From an uncultured Bacilli bacterium (GTDB taxonomy: Bacteria > Bacillota_I > Bacilli_A > RF39 > UBA660), in contig CAKOKU010000001.1 in the NCBI GenBank assembly GCA_934095865.1, positions 10,812 through 74,811 on the forward strand: 64,000 nucleotides of DNA, in the 5' to 3' direction. A model generated the notes under the pieces. The model was not told the origin of the DNA. It was given only the letters and a program-made list of their open reading frames with translations, and ran no database searches. Positions 28,817-37,603 of this stretch are shown here, in pieces. How positions within the stretch are numbered: the first letter of the stretch is position 1; the number at the start of each line of letters is the position of its first letter. The position numbers and the translations under genes are program-made.

Positions 28817-28924
28817 TAGTCAATTTTGTAGTCAAAAAATTTGGATAAATCAGTTAAAAATACTTAAATGAAATGGGATTTAATAAAAATCTAAATAAAT
28901 AATTTTTAGTCAAATTTATAGTCA
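28817..28924 (+). repeat. Two pairs of TAGTCA direct repeats, each pair with 12-nt register
   Basis: TAGTCA at 28817, 28829, 28907 and 28919. GTACCTAAT direct repeat at 28785 and 28946. Confidence 0.8.
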
Positions 28925-28957
28925 GATTACTGTTTTAATTAGTGAGTACCTAATGTT

Positions 28958-28982
28958 TTCATAGAGTATGTAACTCTATGAA
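28958..28982. repeat. Hairpin copy B (TTCATAGAGT-ATGTA-ACTCTATGAA), reverse complement of copy A
   Basis: Identical stem with the loop inverted relative to copy A. The two copies are separated by 237 nt. Confidence 0.9.
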
Positions 28983-29062
28983 AAGTACACTTTAAGAAAA
29001 CAAAAAGCGACAAAAGCATAGATTTCTTAATTTATGGAATAATAAATATGAAAGGGATTATT

Positions 29063-31069
29063 ATGAAGAATAAGAAATTATGGTTAGTTGGTACTCTAAG
29101 TATATTTGGCTTGGCTTTGATTATTGGAACATCGTATGCGTATTGGCGATTTAGTAAAATCAGTGATGGTAGTAATGCTGCCTTGTCTGGATGTTTTAGT
29201 GTATCACTTTCTAATGAAGCTAATGCTATAAGTTTGGAAAATGCTTATCCAATAAGTGATGAAGATGGCAAGAAACTAAAGCCATATAGCTTTACAATAA
29301 CTAATACTTGTAGTATTTTTGCTAAATATTATGTTAATTTAGAAATGCTTGAAGGTACAACTTTAAATAGTAAATATGTTGCAGTAAGGGTTAATAATGA
29401 GAATATTCAATTACTTAGTGAATTTAATGAAGATACAAATAAAAGCTTATCTACGAGTACAGAAGCAAGGACTTTAGCTACTGGGTATTTAGGCTCTGGT
29501 GATTCAATAGATTATAGTGTAGCTTTTTGGATGGATGAAAGTGTTACTATTAATGATACCGATGCAATGAATAAGAATTTTAAAAGTAAGATTATGGTAA
29601 AAGCAGAACCTAGTAGTTATTCACCAGTTGATTCTGGGTATAACACATTGCATGATGCCATTTTAGCTAATGAATATCAAACGACACCAGAGATTGCAAT
29701 TGAGAAAATCAAGGCTAAGCAAAGTTCTAGTATAACAGATAATGGTGATGGGACTTATACAGTGACTAATACAGCCCCGATTATTAAGTGGACATCTGTT
29801 ATAGGTGATGCTGTTACGAAAGATATTGTTAAACCATCGATTGATGCGATTAAATCAGATTCTCAAACTGTTGACTTGACTGAAAACGATGTTAAGTTGA
29901 AATTTTATAAAAATATTTCGTTTAATACAGATACAGGAAAGTATACTTTATCTGATCCTATTTATGTTGAACCAGATTTATTAAGCTATGATGAATCGAC
30001 TCATTATTATTTTAAAAATGAATATATATCATATAATTATTCGACCAAAAAGTTGTATACCGTTGTAGAAAATGATGGTATAAGTGTATATGAAGTAACT
30101 GGTGCATATAAAACTGATACAAAAACTATTTGGAATGGCATCGAATATTCTGCATTAAATTATAAATTGTCTTTAGTGACTATGACTGAATCAGAATTAG
30201 AAACAGATAAGTCTGACAAAGGCTTGTATGCTGGTACAGATGATTATGGTACAACCTACTATTATAGAGGAAATGTAAAAAATAATAATGTTTATTTTGC
30301 TGGCTATTATTGGCAAGTAGTAAGAATAAATGGTGATGGTTCAATTAGATTAATGTATAATGGACAAGTAAAAAATGCGTCTGGTATTGACCAATCGATT
30401 AACAATAAATTATATCAATTTAATGTTTCTTATAATTCCCCTGCATATGTAGGTTATATGTATGGAGATATAAATGCTTCAAATTTTGAAGCTGTTCATA
30501 AAAATGAAAATTCATCTACTGTGAAAAAGGTTATTGATTCTTGGTATACGAGTAATATTGTTAAAAATGATTATTCAAGTTATGTATCCATCAACGCTGG
30601 TTTTTGTGGAGATAGAAGTATTTATAGCGGTGATGGTATTAAAATTGATAAATCTACGGCATTTAGTTCTTTGTGGCGTCGTTTGAATCAAATTTTTCAA
30701 TTTAAGTGTTCTAATATGAACAATGATTTGTATACTGCCTCTGAATCAAATATAGGTAATAAATCTTTAACATATCCAGTAGGTTTAGTGACGTATGACG
30801 AATTGGTTTTAGCAGGTTTAAACGATCAGCAATTAAATAAGTTATCTTACGCATATTCTTCACAAAATTATTGGACTATGACGCCTGGTAGTTTCAGTTC
30901 AACATTTGGGTATGCTTATGCGTGGCGTAGTGACAATCCTGGTTTTCTTTCATATCGTTGGGTAAATATGAGTAATAGTGTTCGTCCTGTTATTAACTTA
31001 AAGGCCGACGTTGAAATAACTGAAGGCATAGGTACGGCCAATGACCCTTATGTAATAAAAACAGAATAA
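29063..31069 (+). CDS. Large secreted protein: SipW-type signal peptide, TasA/camelysin-like N-terminal domain, C-terminal surface domain
   Basis: MKNKKLWLVGTLSIFGLALIIGTSYAYW matches the GT-x-AYF SipW-cognate signal class. ENAYPISD...YSFTITNTCSIFAKYYVNL resembles the TasA/M73 beta-sandwich. The C-terminus YWTMTP...VRPVINLKADVEITEGIGTANDPYVI resembles a DUF6273-like surface domain (from memory). Start at 29063 (AAAGGGA RBS); 29048 is the alternative. Confidence 0.6.
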   Translation: MKNKKLWLVGTLSIFGLALIIGTSYAYWRFSKISDGSNAALSGCFSVSLSNEANAISLENAYPISDEDGKKLKPYSFTITNTCSIFAKYYVNLEMLEGTTLNSKYVAVRVNNENIQLLSEFNEDTNKSLSTSTEARTLATGYLGSGDSIDYSVAFWMDESVTINDTDAMNKNFKSKIMVKAEPSSYSPVDSGYNTLHDAILANEYQTTPEIAIEKIKAKQSSSITDNGDGTYTVTNTAPIIKWTSVIGDAVTKDIVKPSIDAIKSDSQTVDLTENDVKLKFYKNISFNTDTGKYTLSDPIYVEPDLLSYDESTHYYFKNEYISYNYSTKKLYTVVENDGISVYEVTGAYKTDTKTIWNGIEYSALNYKLSLVTMTESELETDKSDKGLYAGTDDYGTTYYYRGNVKNNNVYFAGYYWQVVRINGDGSIRLMYNGQVKNASGIDQSINNKLYQFNVSYNSPAYVGYMYGDINASNFEAVHKNENSSTVKKVIDSWYTSNIVKNDYSSYVSINAGFCGDRSIYSGDGIKIDKSTAFSSLWRRLNQIFQFKCSNMNNDLYTASESNIGNKSLTYPVGLVTYDELVLAGLNDQQLNKLSYAYSSQNYWTMTPGSFSSTFGYAYAWRSDNPGFLSYRWVNMSNSVRPVINLKADVEITEGIGTANDPYVIKTE

Positions 31070-31176
31070 AAGCATAAAAATAAATAATTAGCATAATATA
31101 TAGAGAGATAACTTTTAACAGAGTTTATCTTAATCTTCCTTTTTTAATAGTCTTTAAATTCTCCTTACTATTTTAC

Positions 31177-31206
31177 AAGGCACAGTAGATGTGCTTTGTT
31201 TTTTTG
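31177..31206 (+). terminator. Rho-independent terminator
   Basis: AAGGCACA-gtaga-TGTGCTTT followed by GTTTTTTT. It lies inside the ORF-track N-terminal extension of the next gene. Confidence 0.55.
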
Positions 31207-31245
31207 ACTTTAAATTGTATAATAATATTAGATAGGATTAGAATT

Positions 31246-32106
31246 ATGAAAAAGAAAATACAGTTTGTAATAGGAATATTTATAGTAGCCTTTATTTTTA
31301 ATTTGTTTTATGTACCTAATAATTTGGCTGCCACTGGTGTAAGTGGATTATCCATAGTATTAGGTAATTTTATAAATATAGATAAGTCTTTATTTGTTGG
31401 CGCTGTTAATTTAGTCTTAATATTAATATCATTTATTTTTTTAGGCAAAGAAAGTACATATAATACGATTGTTGGTTCATTACTATTACCTTTTTTTATT
31501 AAAATAACTAGTTATTTGACTGGCTTAATTGATATTAGCAGTGTTGATTTGTTAATAAAAGCTGTTGTCGGTGGTATAGTATCAGGTTATGGTTTAGGTC
31601 TTGTTTTTAAAAGTGGATATACTACGGGCGGTACTGATATCATAGAAGCCATTATTTGTAAATACTTTCATATGTCAATGGATAAATCAATAATTTTAGT
31701 AGATGGTTTCGTTGTTTTATTAACAGGTTTTGTTTTTGGAATAGAACATTTAATTTATGCTCTTATTATTTTAGTTTGTCAAAGTATTTATTCTAATAGA
31801 TTTATGTTGGAAATAAAGGAAGATAAAATCTTATTTATTAATTCAAAGAAACATAGTGAAATTATTAAATTTCTTAAAGAAACATATAATTATGGAATAT
31901 CTATATTAGATGGTGTTGGGGGATATAGTGATACTATGAATAAAATATTGATGGTATCAGTAAGATATAATTATTATTTAGAAATTAAAGAAGCTATATT
32001 ACTTATTGATCCTAATGCTTTTATTACAGTTTGTAATTCACATGAAACAGTTTATCTTAATAAAGAGGAGAGAAGTCATAATAAGAAAGTAATCTTAGAT
32101 AAATAA
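31246..32106 (+). CDS. YitT-family membrane protein (DUF2179 C-terminal domain)
   Basis: NNLAATGVSGLS, GYTTGGTDI, and a C-terminal DGVGGYS...VCNSHE domain. Start moved to 31246. Confidence 0.8.
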   Translation: MKKKIQFVIGIFIVAFIFNLFYVPNNLAATGVSGLSIVLGNFINIDKSLFVGAVNLVLILISFIFLGKESTYNTIVGSLLLPFFIKITSYLTGLIDISSVDLLIKAVVGGIVSGYGLGLVFKSGYTTGGTDIIEAIICKYFHMSMDKSIILVDGFVVLLTGFVFGIEHLIYALIILVCQSIYSNRFMLEIKEDKILFINSKKHSEIIKFLKETYNYGISILDGVGGYSDTMNKILMVSVRYNYYLEIKEAILLIDPNAFITVCNSHETVYLNKEERSHNKKVILDK

Positions 32107-32204
32107 AAAATGGTGAAGTTTGGGCTTTAAGAGCAAAATATTTTTCTTGTAATTTTAACGAAATTGTAGTAATATCTTAAAAGTATTAAAGGAAGTGGGT
32201 TAAT

Positions 32205-34010
32205 ATGGATAAGATTATAAATATTGCAGTAGTAGCGCACGTTGATGCCGGTAAAAGTACATTAGTAGATGCCCTATTACAACAAAATGGGGTTTTTCGT
32301 GATAATGAGGTAGTCCATGAGCAAGTTATGGATAGTAATGACTTAGAAAGAGAAAGAGGAATTACTATTTATTCTAAAAACTGTGCTATTAGATATAAAG
32401 GCTATAAAATTAATATTGTAGATACACCTGGTCATGCTGATTTTTCTAGTGAAGTAGAAAGAATAATGCGTACTGTTGATACTGTAATTTTAATTGTAGA
32501 TGCTAAAGAAGGCCCAATGCCACAAACAAGATTTGTTCTTAAAAAAGCTTTAGAACAAAATTTAAGACCAATTCTATTTATTAATAAAATAGATAAGAAA
32601 GATGCGAGACCAGAAGAAGTAGTAAATATGACTTTTGATTTGTTTATGGAATTGAATGCTACTGATGAACAATTAGATTTCCCAATTGTATATGGTGTTG
32701 CTAGAGATGGAAAGGCTACTTTAGATTTAAATAATTTAGCTGATGATATTTCTCCTTTGTTAGATACTGTTTTAAAACAAGTTAAACCATATGAAGGTAG
32801 TGTAGATGATAATCTTCAATTACAAATTTCACAATTAGATTATGATTCCTTTATTGGTCGTTTAGGAATTGGCCGCGTTACTAAAGGGGTTGTAAAATCA
32901 GGAGAAATGGTTACTTTGTGTCGTAATGATGGAAAGGTTGAATCATTTAGAATATCTAAGTTATTTGTTAATGAAGGTATTAAAAAGAAAGAAGTTAATG
33001 AAGCTTACTATGGTGATATTGTAACTGTTGCTGGTTGTAAAGATATTTCTATTGGTGATACATTATGTCCTCAAGGTCTTGTTGATCCATTACCTCCAAT
33101 TGTAATTGAAAGACCAACACTATCAATGAACTTTATGGTTAACTCATCTCCTTTTGCTGGTCAAAGTGGTAAGTTCTTAACATCAAGACATATTAAAGAT
33201 AGATTAGAAAAAGAATTAGAAACTAATGTTGGTTTAGAAGTAGAGGAATTACCTGGTACTGATGGTTTTAAAGTTTCTGGACGTGGAGAGCTACACTTAT
33301 CTGTATTATTAGAAGAAATGCGCCGTGAAGGATATGAATTATGTGTATCTAAACCAGAAGTTTTATATGAAGAAATTGATGGTCGTAAATGCGAACCATA
33401 TGAGACAGTAATTGTTAATACACCAAGTGATTATGCTTCAACAATTATAGCTGATTTACAAGAAAGAAAAGCTACATTGTTAGTAATGACAAATGGTGAA
33501 GAAGGTTATACACATTTAGAGTTTAGTGCTCCTACACGTGGATTGATTGGTTACCGTAGTGCATTTATTACTAATACTAAAGGTGAAGGTATTATGGTTC
33601 GTTCTTTTGATGAGTATAAACCATATGCTGGTGAAATAAGAGGCCGTAAAAATGGTGTTCTTGTTTCTATGGAAACTGGTAAGACTTTGGGTTATTCACT
33701 ATACAACTTACAAGACAGAGGCCAAATGATTGTTGGGCCAAGCGTAGATGTTTATGTAGGTATGATTGTTGGTATTCATAATAGAGATAATGATTTAAAT
33801 GTTAACCCATGTAAGAATAAAGAAATGTCAAATACAAGAAGTAAATCTGCTGATGATGCTATTGCATTAGTTACTCCTAAAACATTTAGTTTAGAAGAAG
33901 CTTTAGAGTTTATTGAAGAAGATGAATATGTAGAAGTTACTCCAGCTGTTATTAGACTTCGTAAGAAAATTCTTGATCCAAATGAAAGATTTAGAGTTAA
34001 TAGAAAATAA
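32205..34010 (+). CDS. typA: Translational GTPase TypA/BipA
   Basis: NIAVVAHVDAGKSTLVD, DTPGHADF, NKIDK; full-length colinearity with BipA. Confidence 0.95.
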   Translation: MDKIINIAVVAHVDAGKSTLVDALLQQNGVFRDNEVVHEQVMDSNDLERERGITIYSKNCAIRYKGYKINIVDTPGHADFSSEVERIMRTVDTVILIVDAKEGPMPQTRFVLKKALEQNLRPILFINKIDKKDARPEEVVNMTFDLFMELNATDEQLDFPIVYGVARDGKATLDLNNLADDISPLLDTVLKQVKPYEGSVDDNLQLQISQLDYDSFIGRLGIGRVTKGVVKSGEMVTLCRNDGKVESFRISKLFVNEGIKKKEVNEAYYGDIVTVAGCKDISIGDTLCPQGLVDPLPPIVIERPTLSMNFMVNSSPFAGQSGKFLTSRHIKDRLEKELETNVGLEVEELPGTDGFKVSGRGELHLSVLLEEMRREGYELCVSKPEVLYEEIDGRKCEPYETVIVNTPSDYASTIIADLQERKATLLVMTNGEEGYTHLEFSAPTRGLIGYRSAFITNTKGEGIMVRSFDEYKPYAGEIRGRKNGVLVSMETGKTLGYSLYNLQDRGQMIVGPSVDVYVGMIVGIHNRDNDLNVNPCKNKEMSNTRSKSADDAIALVTPKTFSLEEALEFIEEDEYVEVTPAVIRLRKKILDPNERFRVNRK

Positions 34011-34021
34011 TTAAACAAAGT

Positions 34022-34057
34022 AAACTTAAGATGTTAGATTATGTCTTAAGTTTTTTT
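34022..34057 (+). terminator. Rho-independent terminator
   Basis: AAACTTAAGA ... TCTTAAGTTT (10-bp stem) followed by a T-run. Confidence 0.7.
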
Positions 34058-34207
34058 AATTATCATTTATAATTTTTTAGAATTATAAATGGTAAAGTTT
34101 GCTCTATGATAAATATAAAGAAACAGGTGATTTGTGAACAAATAATTCACTTAAAAATACTTGGAAATAGTGGATTTTGTGCTATAATTTTAATGGAGGT
34201 AAAGAAA

Positions 34208-35746
34208 ATGGAAAAGAAAGATGAAAAAAAGAAAAATTCATCAAAAGCTGCTAAAGTAAAAAACAATACTAAAACAACTTCTAAAGTAGAAGAAGAAAAA
34301 GTAGCCGCTGTAAAGATTGTTAAAGAAGAAAATAAGAAATCAACATCTAAAGCAAATAGTCATTTCTTATTTAAGATTTTAGCAATTTGTATTCTAGTGG
34401 CAGTTGTATTTACTTGGGTAATTCCTGTTGGAAGTTTTAGTAGTGGTACGTTTACTAGTGGTGAATTAGAGAGAAAAGGCATTGCTGATATATTTTTAAA
34501 TATATTCTATGCTAGTAACCATTATCTATTACAAGTTGTTTTTGTCTTAATAGTAGGGTTATTTTATGGTGTACTTGCGAAGACTGACGGTTATAAAGCT
34601 TTGATAAATAAAGCAACGGAATTTTGGATTGATAAAAAAACACGTTTTGTTTTAATTCATACGTTGTTAATTGCTTTGTTTGCATCAACTGCTACTCAAA
34701 GTTTTCCAACATTAATTTTTATACCAATGATAATTAGTATTGCCAGTCGTTTAGGCTTTGGTAAAATATCTTCTATTGCAATGACATTTGGTGCTATTAT
34801 GATTGGTACTGTTGGTCAAACGACTTCATTAGTTGGTATTAATTATTTAGTTAGTACTATGGGTATAGAAGTTGGAACTAATTTATTAGCAAGATTTGGT
34901 ATACTTGCCTTTGGCTATCTTCTTTTGAATTTATTAATTATTAAGAATATGAAAAAAGATAAAGCTGAAGAAGAATTAGATTTAATACCATTAACTGGTA
35001 ATGAAAATAAGGGAAAAGCTTGGCCATATATTGTTTTATTTAGTGTATTATTAGTAGTAGCTGTACTTGGTTTTATGCCATGGTCATCAGTATTTGATAT
35101 TACAATATTTGATACATTCCATACTTGGATAACTGAAAAAGCTACTATTACAATTGGTGGAACATCACATGCTGTTTTAAGTTATATATTAGGTACAACT
35201 TCTACTTTTGGCGAATGGGATTTATATACTTATGCTTATGTTTCAATGATTGCTTTAGTATTTGTTAAACTATTTAGCAAGATTAAATTCGATGAAGCTT
35301 TAGATGGCGCAGTCGAAGGCATGAAGAAACTTGTTAAACCAGCTTTGTTTGTAGTTTTAGCTTATACTATGTTTGAGTTCTGTTACTCACAATACTCAAC
35401 TGGTTTTGTTAATACAATTGTAAATGGCATTGTTGGTGAAAAGTTTAATGTATTTAGTAATACATTTGCTAATATTATTGCTGATTTCTTCCATGTTGAT
35501 TTTGGATATACTGCTTTCGTATTTGGTAGTGTGTTTGCATCAAGATTTAAAGATTACGTTGCAACTATTTTAGTAATTATGACATCAATTAATGGTTTAG
35601 TTTCTATGGTAACACCAACAAGTGTTGTCTTATTAACTGGTTTAAGTATGTATGATGCATCTTATAAAAAATGGTTAAAATACATTTGGAAATTAGCTCT
35701 AGTTTTATTAGTAATATTAGTTGCATTTTTCTTAGTACTTGCTTAA
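34208..35746 (+). CDS. YfcC-family (DcuC-like) integral membrane transporter with Lys-rich N-terminal tail
   Basis: FTWVIPVGSF motif after the first TM and about 12 TM segments. Start moved to the ATG at 34208 after GGAGGT. Confidence 0.7.
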   Translation: MEKKDEKKKNSSKAAKVKNNTKTTSKVEEEKVAAVKIVKEENKKSTSKANSHFLFKILAICILVAVVFTWVIPVGSFSSGTFTSGELERKGIADIFLNIFYASNHYLLQVVFVLIVGLFYGVLAKTDGYKALINKATEFWIDKKTRFVLIHTLLIALFASTATQSFPTLIFIPMIISIASRLGFGKISSIAMTFGAIMIGTVGQTTSLVGINYLVSTMGIEVGTNLLARFGILAFGYLLLNLLIIKNMKKDKAEEELDLIPLTGNENKGKAWPYIVLFSVLLVVAVLGFMPWSSVFDITIFDTFHTWITEKATITIGGTSHAVLSYILGTTSTFGEWDLYTYAYVSMIALVFVKLFSKIKFDEALDGAVEGMKKLVKPALFVVLAYTMFEFCYSQYSTGFVNTIVNGIVGEKFNVFSNTFANIIADFFHVDFGYTAFVFGSVFASRFKDYVATILVIMTSINGLVSMVTPTSVVLLTGLSMYDASYKKWLKYIWKLALVLLVILVAFFLVLA

Positions 35747-35752
35747 AAAATG

Positions 35753-35776
35753 AAGCTCCTAAATTGGGGCTTTTTT
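35753..35776 (+). terminator. Rho-independent terminator
   Basis: AAGCTCC-taaatt-GGGGCTT followed by TTTTT. Confidence 0.55.
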
Positions 35777-35812
35777 AAATGCTTTAGAAATTTTTGGATG
35801 TGAAATTAAATG

Positions 35813-35841
35813 TTGATTTCAAAGTGGTAGTTTGCTATAAT
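35813..35841 (+). promoter_or_regulatory. Strong sigma-A promoter of the rpsF-ssb-rpsR operon
   Basis: TTGATT (35813-35818), 17-nt spacer, TGC-TATAAT (35836-35841). Confidence 0.7.
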
Positions 35842-35847
35842 ACTAAG

Positions 35848-35915
35848 CGAGTAACAAATTACTCCTTGCTTCACATTAAAGTGTAAGCCGAGTGACCAAG
35901 AGGAGGTGTAGAAAA
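35848..35915 (+). promoter_or_regulatory. Structured 5' leader of rpsF (candidate S6:S18-binding leader)
   Basis: Hairpin GAGTAA-caaa-TTACTC (35849-35864). Then CTTG[CTTCAC-attaaa-GTGTAAG]CCGAGTGAC-CAAG closes directly onto the AGGAGG SD. Confidence 0.4.
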
Positions 35916-36206
35916 ATGAATAAATACGAAATGATGTTCATTGTTAAAGCTACTATGGAAGAAGCTAATGTTAAAGCTGTTGCTGATAATATGAAAAAAT
36001 TAGCTGAAAGTTTAAGTGCTAAAATAGATAGCTTTAAGGAAATGGGCGAAAAGAAACTAGCATATCCTATAAAAAAAGAAATTAATGGTTATTATTTTGT
36101 AATGACTATGGCTGCTAGCAAAGATGCTGTTAAAGAAATTGACCGTAAAGCATCAATCGATGAAAATATAATTAGACATTTAATTATTAAATTAGATGAG
36201 GAGTAA
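35916..36206 (+). CDS. rpsF: 30S ribosomal protein S6
   Basis: MNKYEMMFIVKATMEE... Start at 35916 after AGGAGG. Confidence 0.95.
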   Translation: MNKYEMMFIVKATMEEANVKAVADNMKKLAESLSAKIDSFKEMGEKKLAYPIKKEINGYYFVMTMAASKDAVKEIDRKASIDENIIRHLIIKLDEE

Positions 36207-36209
36207 GGT

Positions 36210-36704
36210 ATGAATAAAGTTATTTTAATTGGTAGATTGACTAGAGATCCAGAAATGCGTACGACAACTACTGGTAATGCGACAGCATCATTTACTATTG
36301 CTGTTAGTAGACCTTTTACTAATCAACAAGGTGAAAGAGAAGCTGATTTTATCAACTGTGTAGTTTGGCGTAAACAAGCAGAAAATGTTTCAAAGTATTG
36401 TAGTAAAGGTTCACAGGTTGCTGTTGAAGGAAGATTGCAAACAAGAAGTTATGATGCAAATGATGGAACAAAGCGTTATGTTACTGAAGTAATTGCTGAT
36501 AATGTAACATTCTTAGGTTCTAGAGCTGGTGCCGGTCAATCAACTAATGACAATACAACATCATCTTATAATTCAAATTATCAATCTAATCAAAATGTGA
36601 TGGGTGGAGCTAGTAATGATATTGCTACAACTGATTTGGATATGGATCCATATGCAGCGATGGGCAATGAGATATCATTAACTGACGATGATCTACCTTT
36701 CTAG
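36210..36704 (+). CDS. ssb: Single-stranded DNA-binding protein
   Basis: MNKVILIGRLTRDPEMR OB-fold, Gly/Asn/Ser-rich tail, C-terminal DDDLPF. Confidence 0.95.
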   Translation: MNKVILIGRLTRDPEMRTTTTGNATASFTIAVSRPFTNQQGEREADFINCVVWRKQAENVSKYCSKGSQVAVEGRLQTRSYDANDGTKRYVTEVIADNVTFLGSRAGAGQSTNDNTTSSYNSNYQSNQNVMGGASNDIATTDLDMDPYAAMGNEISLTDDDLPF

Positions 36705-36719
36705 GAAGGAATAGAAAAA

Positions 36720-36938
36720 ATGGCAGAATTTTACCGTAAGAAAAAAAGAATATGTCAAATGTGTGCTGGTAAGTCTATTGATTACAAAGATGTTCCTATT
36801 ATTTTAAAGTATGTAACTGAAAAAGGAAAAATCGTTAATAGAAGACAAAGCGGTGCATGTGCTAAACATCAAAGACATATTGCACAACAAATTAAATATG
36901 CAAGATTTATGGCTTTAATACCATATGTAAAAGACTAG
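36720..36938 (+). CDS. rpsR: 30S ribosomal protein S18
   Basis: IDYKDV...KIVNRRQSGACAKHQRHIAQQIKYARFMALIPY. Confidence 0.95.
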   Translation: MAEFYRKKKRICQMCAGKSIDYKDVPIILKYVTEKGKIVNRRQSGACAKHQRHIAQQIKYARFMALIPYVKD

Positions 36939-36961
36939 GTACTTGAAAAAGTATCTTTTTC
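36938..36961 (+). terminator. Rho-independent terminator
   Basis: GGTACTT-gaaa-AAGTATC followed by TTTTTC. Confidence 0.6.
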
Positions 36962-37098
36962 TTTTGTAATAAAATACAAATATTATCTATAATTAATTAT
37001 AATAATTTACTTAAAGTATATATTAAAAAATATAAATTTTATGTGAGTAAATTTATTTGAAAAAAGTGTTTGGAAATAGGCTGATTTGATAAAATTTT

Positions 37099-37127
37099 TT
37101 GACTGATAAGATGATATTTGGTACAAT
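37099..37127 (+). promoter_or_regulatory. Sigma-A promoter candidate for rplI-dnaB
   Basis: TTGACT (37099-37104), 17-nt spacer, TGG-TACAAT (37122-37127). Confidence 0.6.
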
Positions 37128-37154
37128 AGGTAGGAATTAAAAAGGAGAGGCATA

Positions 37155-37595
37155 ATGAAAGTTATATTACTTAAAGATGTAAAAAAACAAGGAAAAAAAG
37201 ATGAGATAATTGAAGTTAGTGATGGCTATGCCATGAATTATTTAATTAAAAATGGGTTAGCTGTTGCAGCGACAAAGACAAGTACAAAGATTTTATCAAA
37301 AGAATTAGATGATCGTAAGGTTGCAGAAGAAGCTTTTGTTAAAGAAATGGAAGCAATGCGTGATAAAATAGTTAGAGAAGATATTACGTTTAAAGTTAAA
37401 ACTGGTGCTATGGACAAAGTATTTGGTAATATTTCTTCAAAACAAATTGCTGATTATTTGAATAAGTTAGGATATAAAGTTGACAAGAAACAAATTCAAA
37501 TTGATAGTCCGATTGATACTTTAGGAGTACATAATGTAACTCTAGAATTACATAAAAAAGTTAGATTTAACATTAGAATTAATATAGTGAAGTAG
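37155..37595 (+). CDS. rplI: 50S ribosomal protein L9
   Basis: [37 protein letters not shown]. Confidence 0.95.
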   Translation: MKVILLKDVKKQGKKDEIIEVSDGYAMNYLIKNGLAVAATKTSTKILSKELDDRKVAEEAFVKEMEAMRDKIVREDITFKVKTGAMDKVFGNISSKQIADYLNKLGYKVDKKQIQIDSPIDTLGVHNVTLELHKKVRFNIRINIVK

Positions 37596-37603
37596 GTGAT
37601 AGT

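Noticed and set aside
28696-28982. The two 25-nt hairpins interpreted as ordinary rho-independent terminators.
   Set aside because: Neither is followed by a T-tract (TACGTAATTA and AAGTACACTT follow them), and a separate terminator-like hairpin with a T-run already exists at 28631-28661. The exact mirrored duplication needs another explanation.
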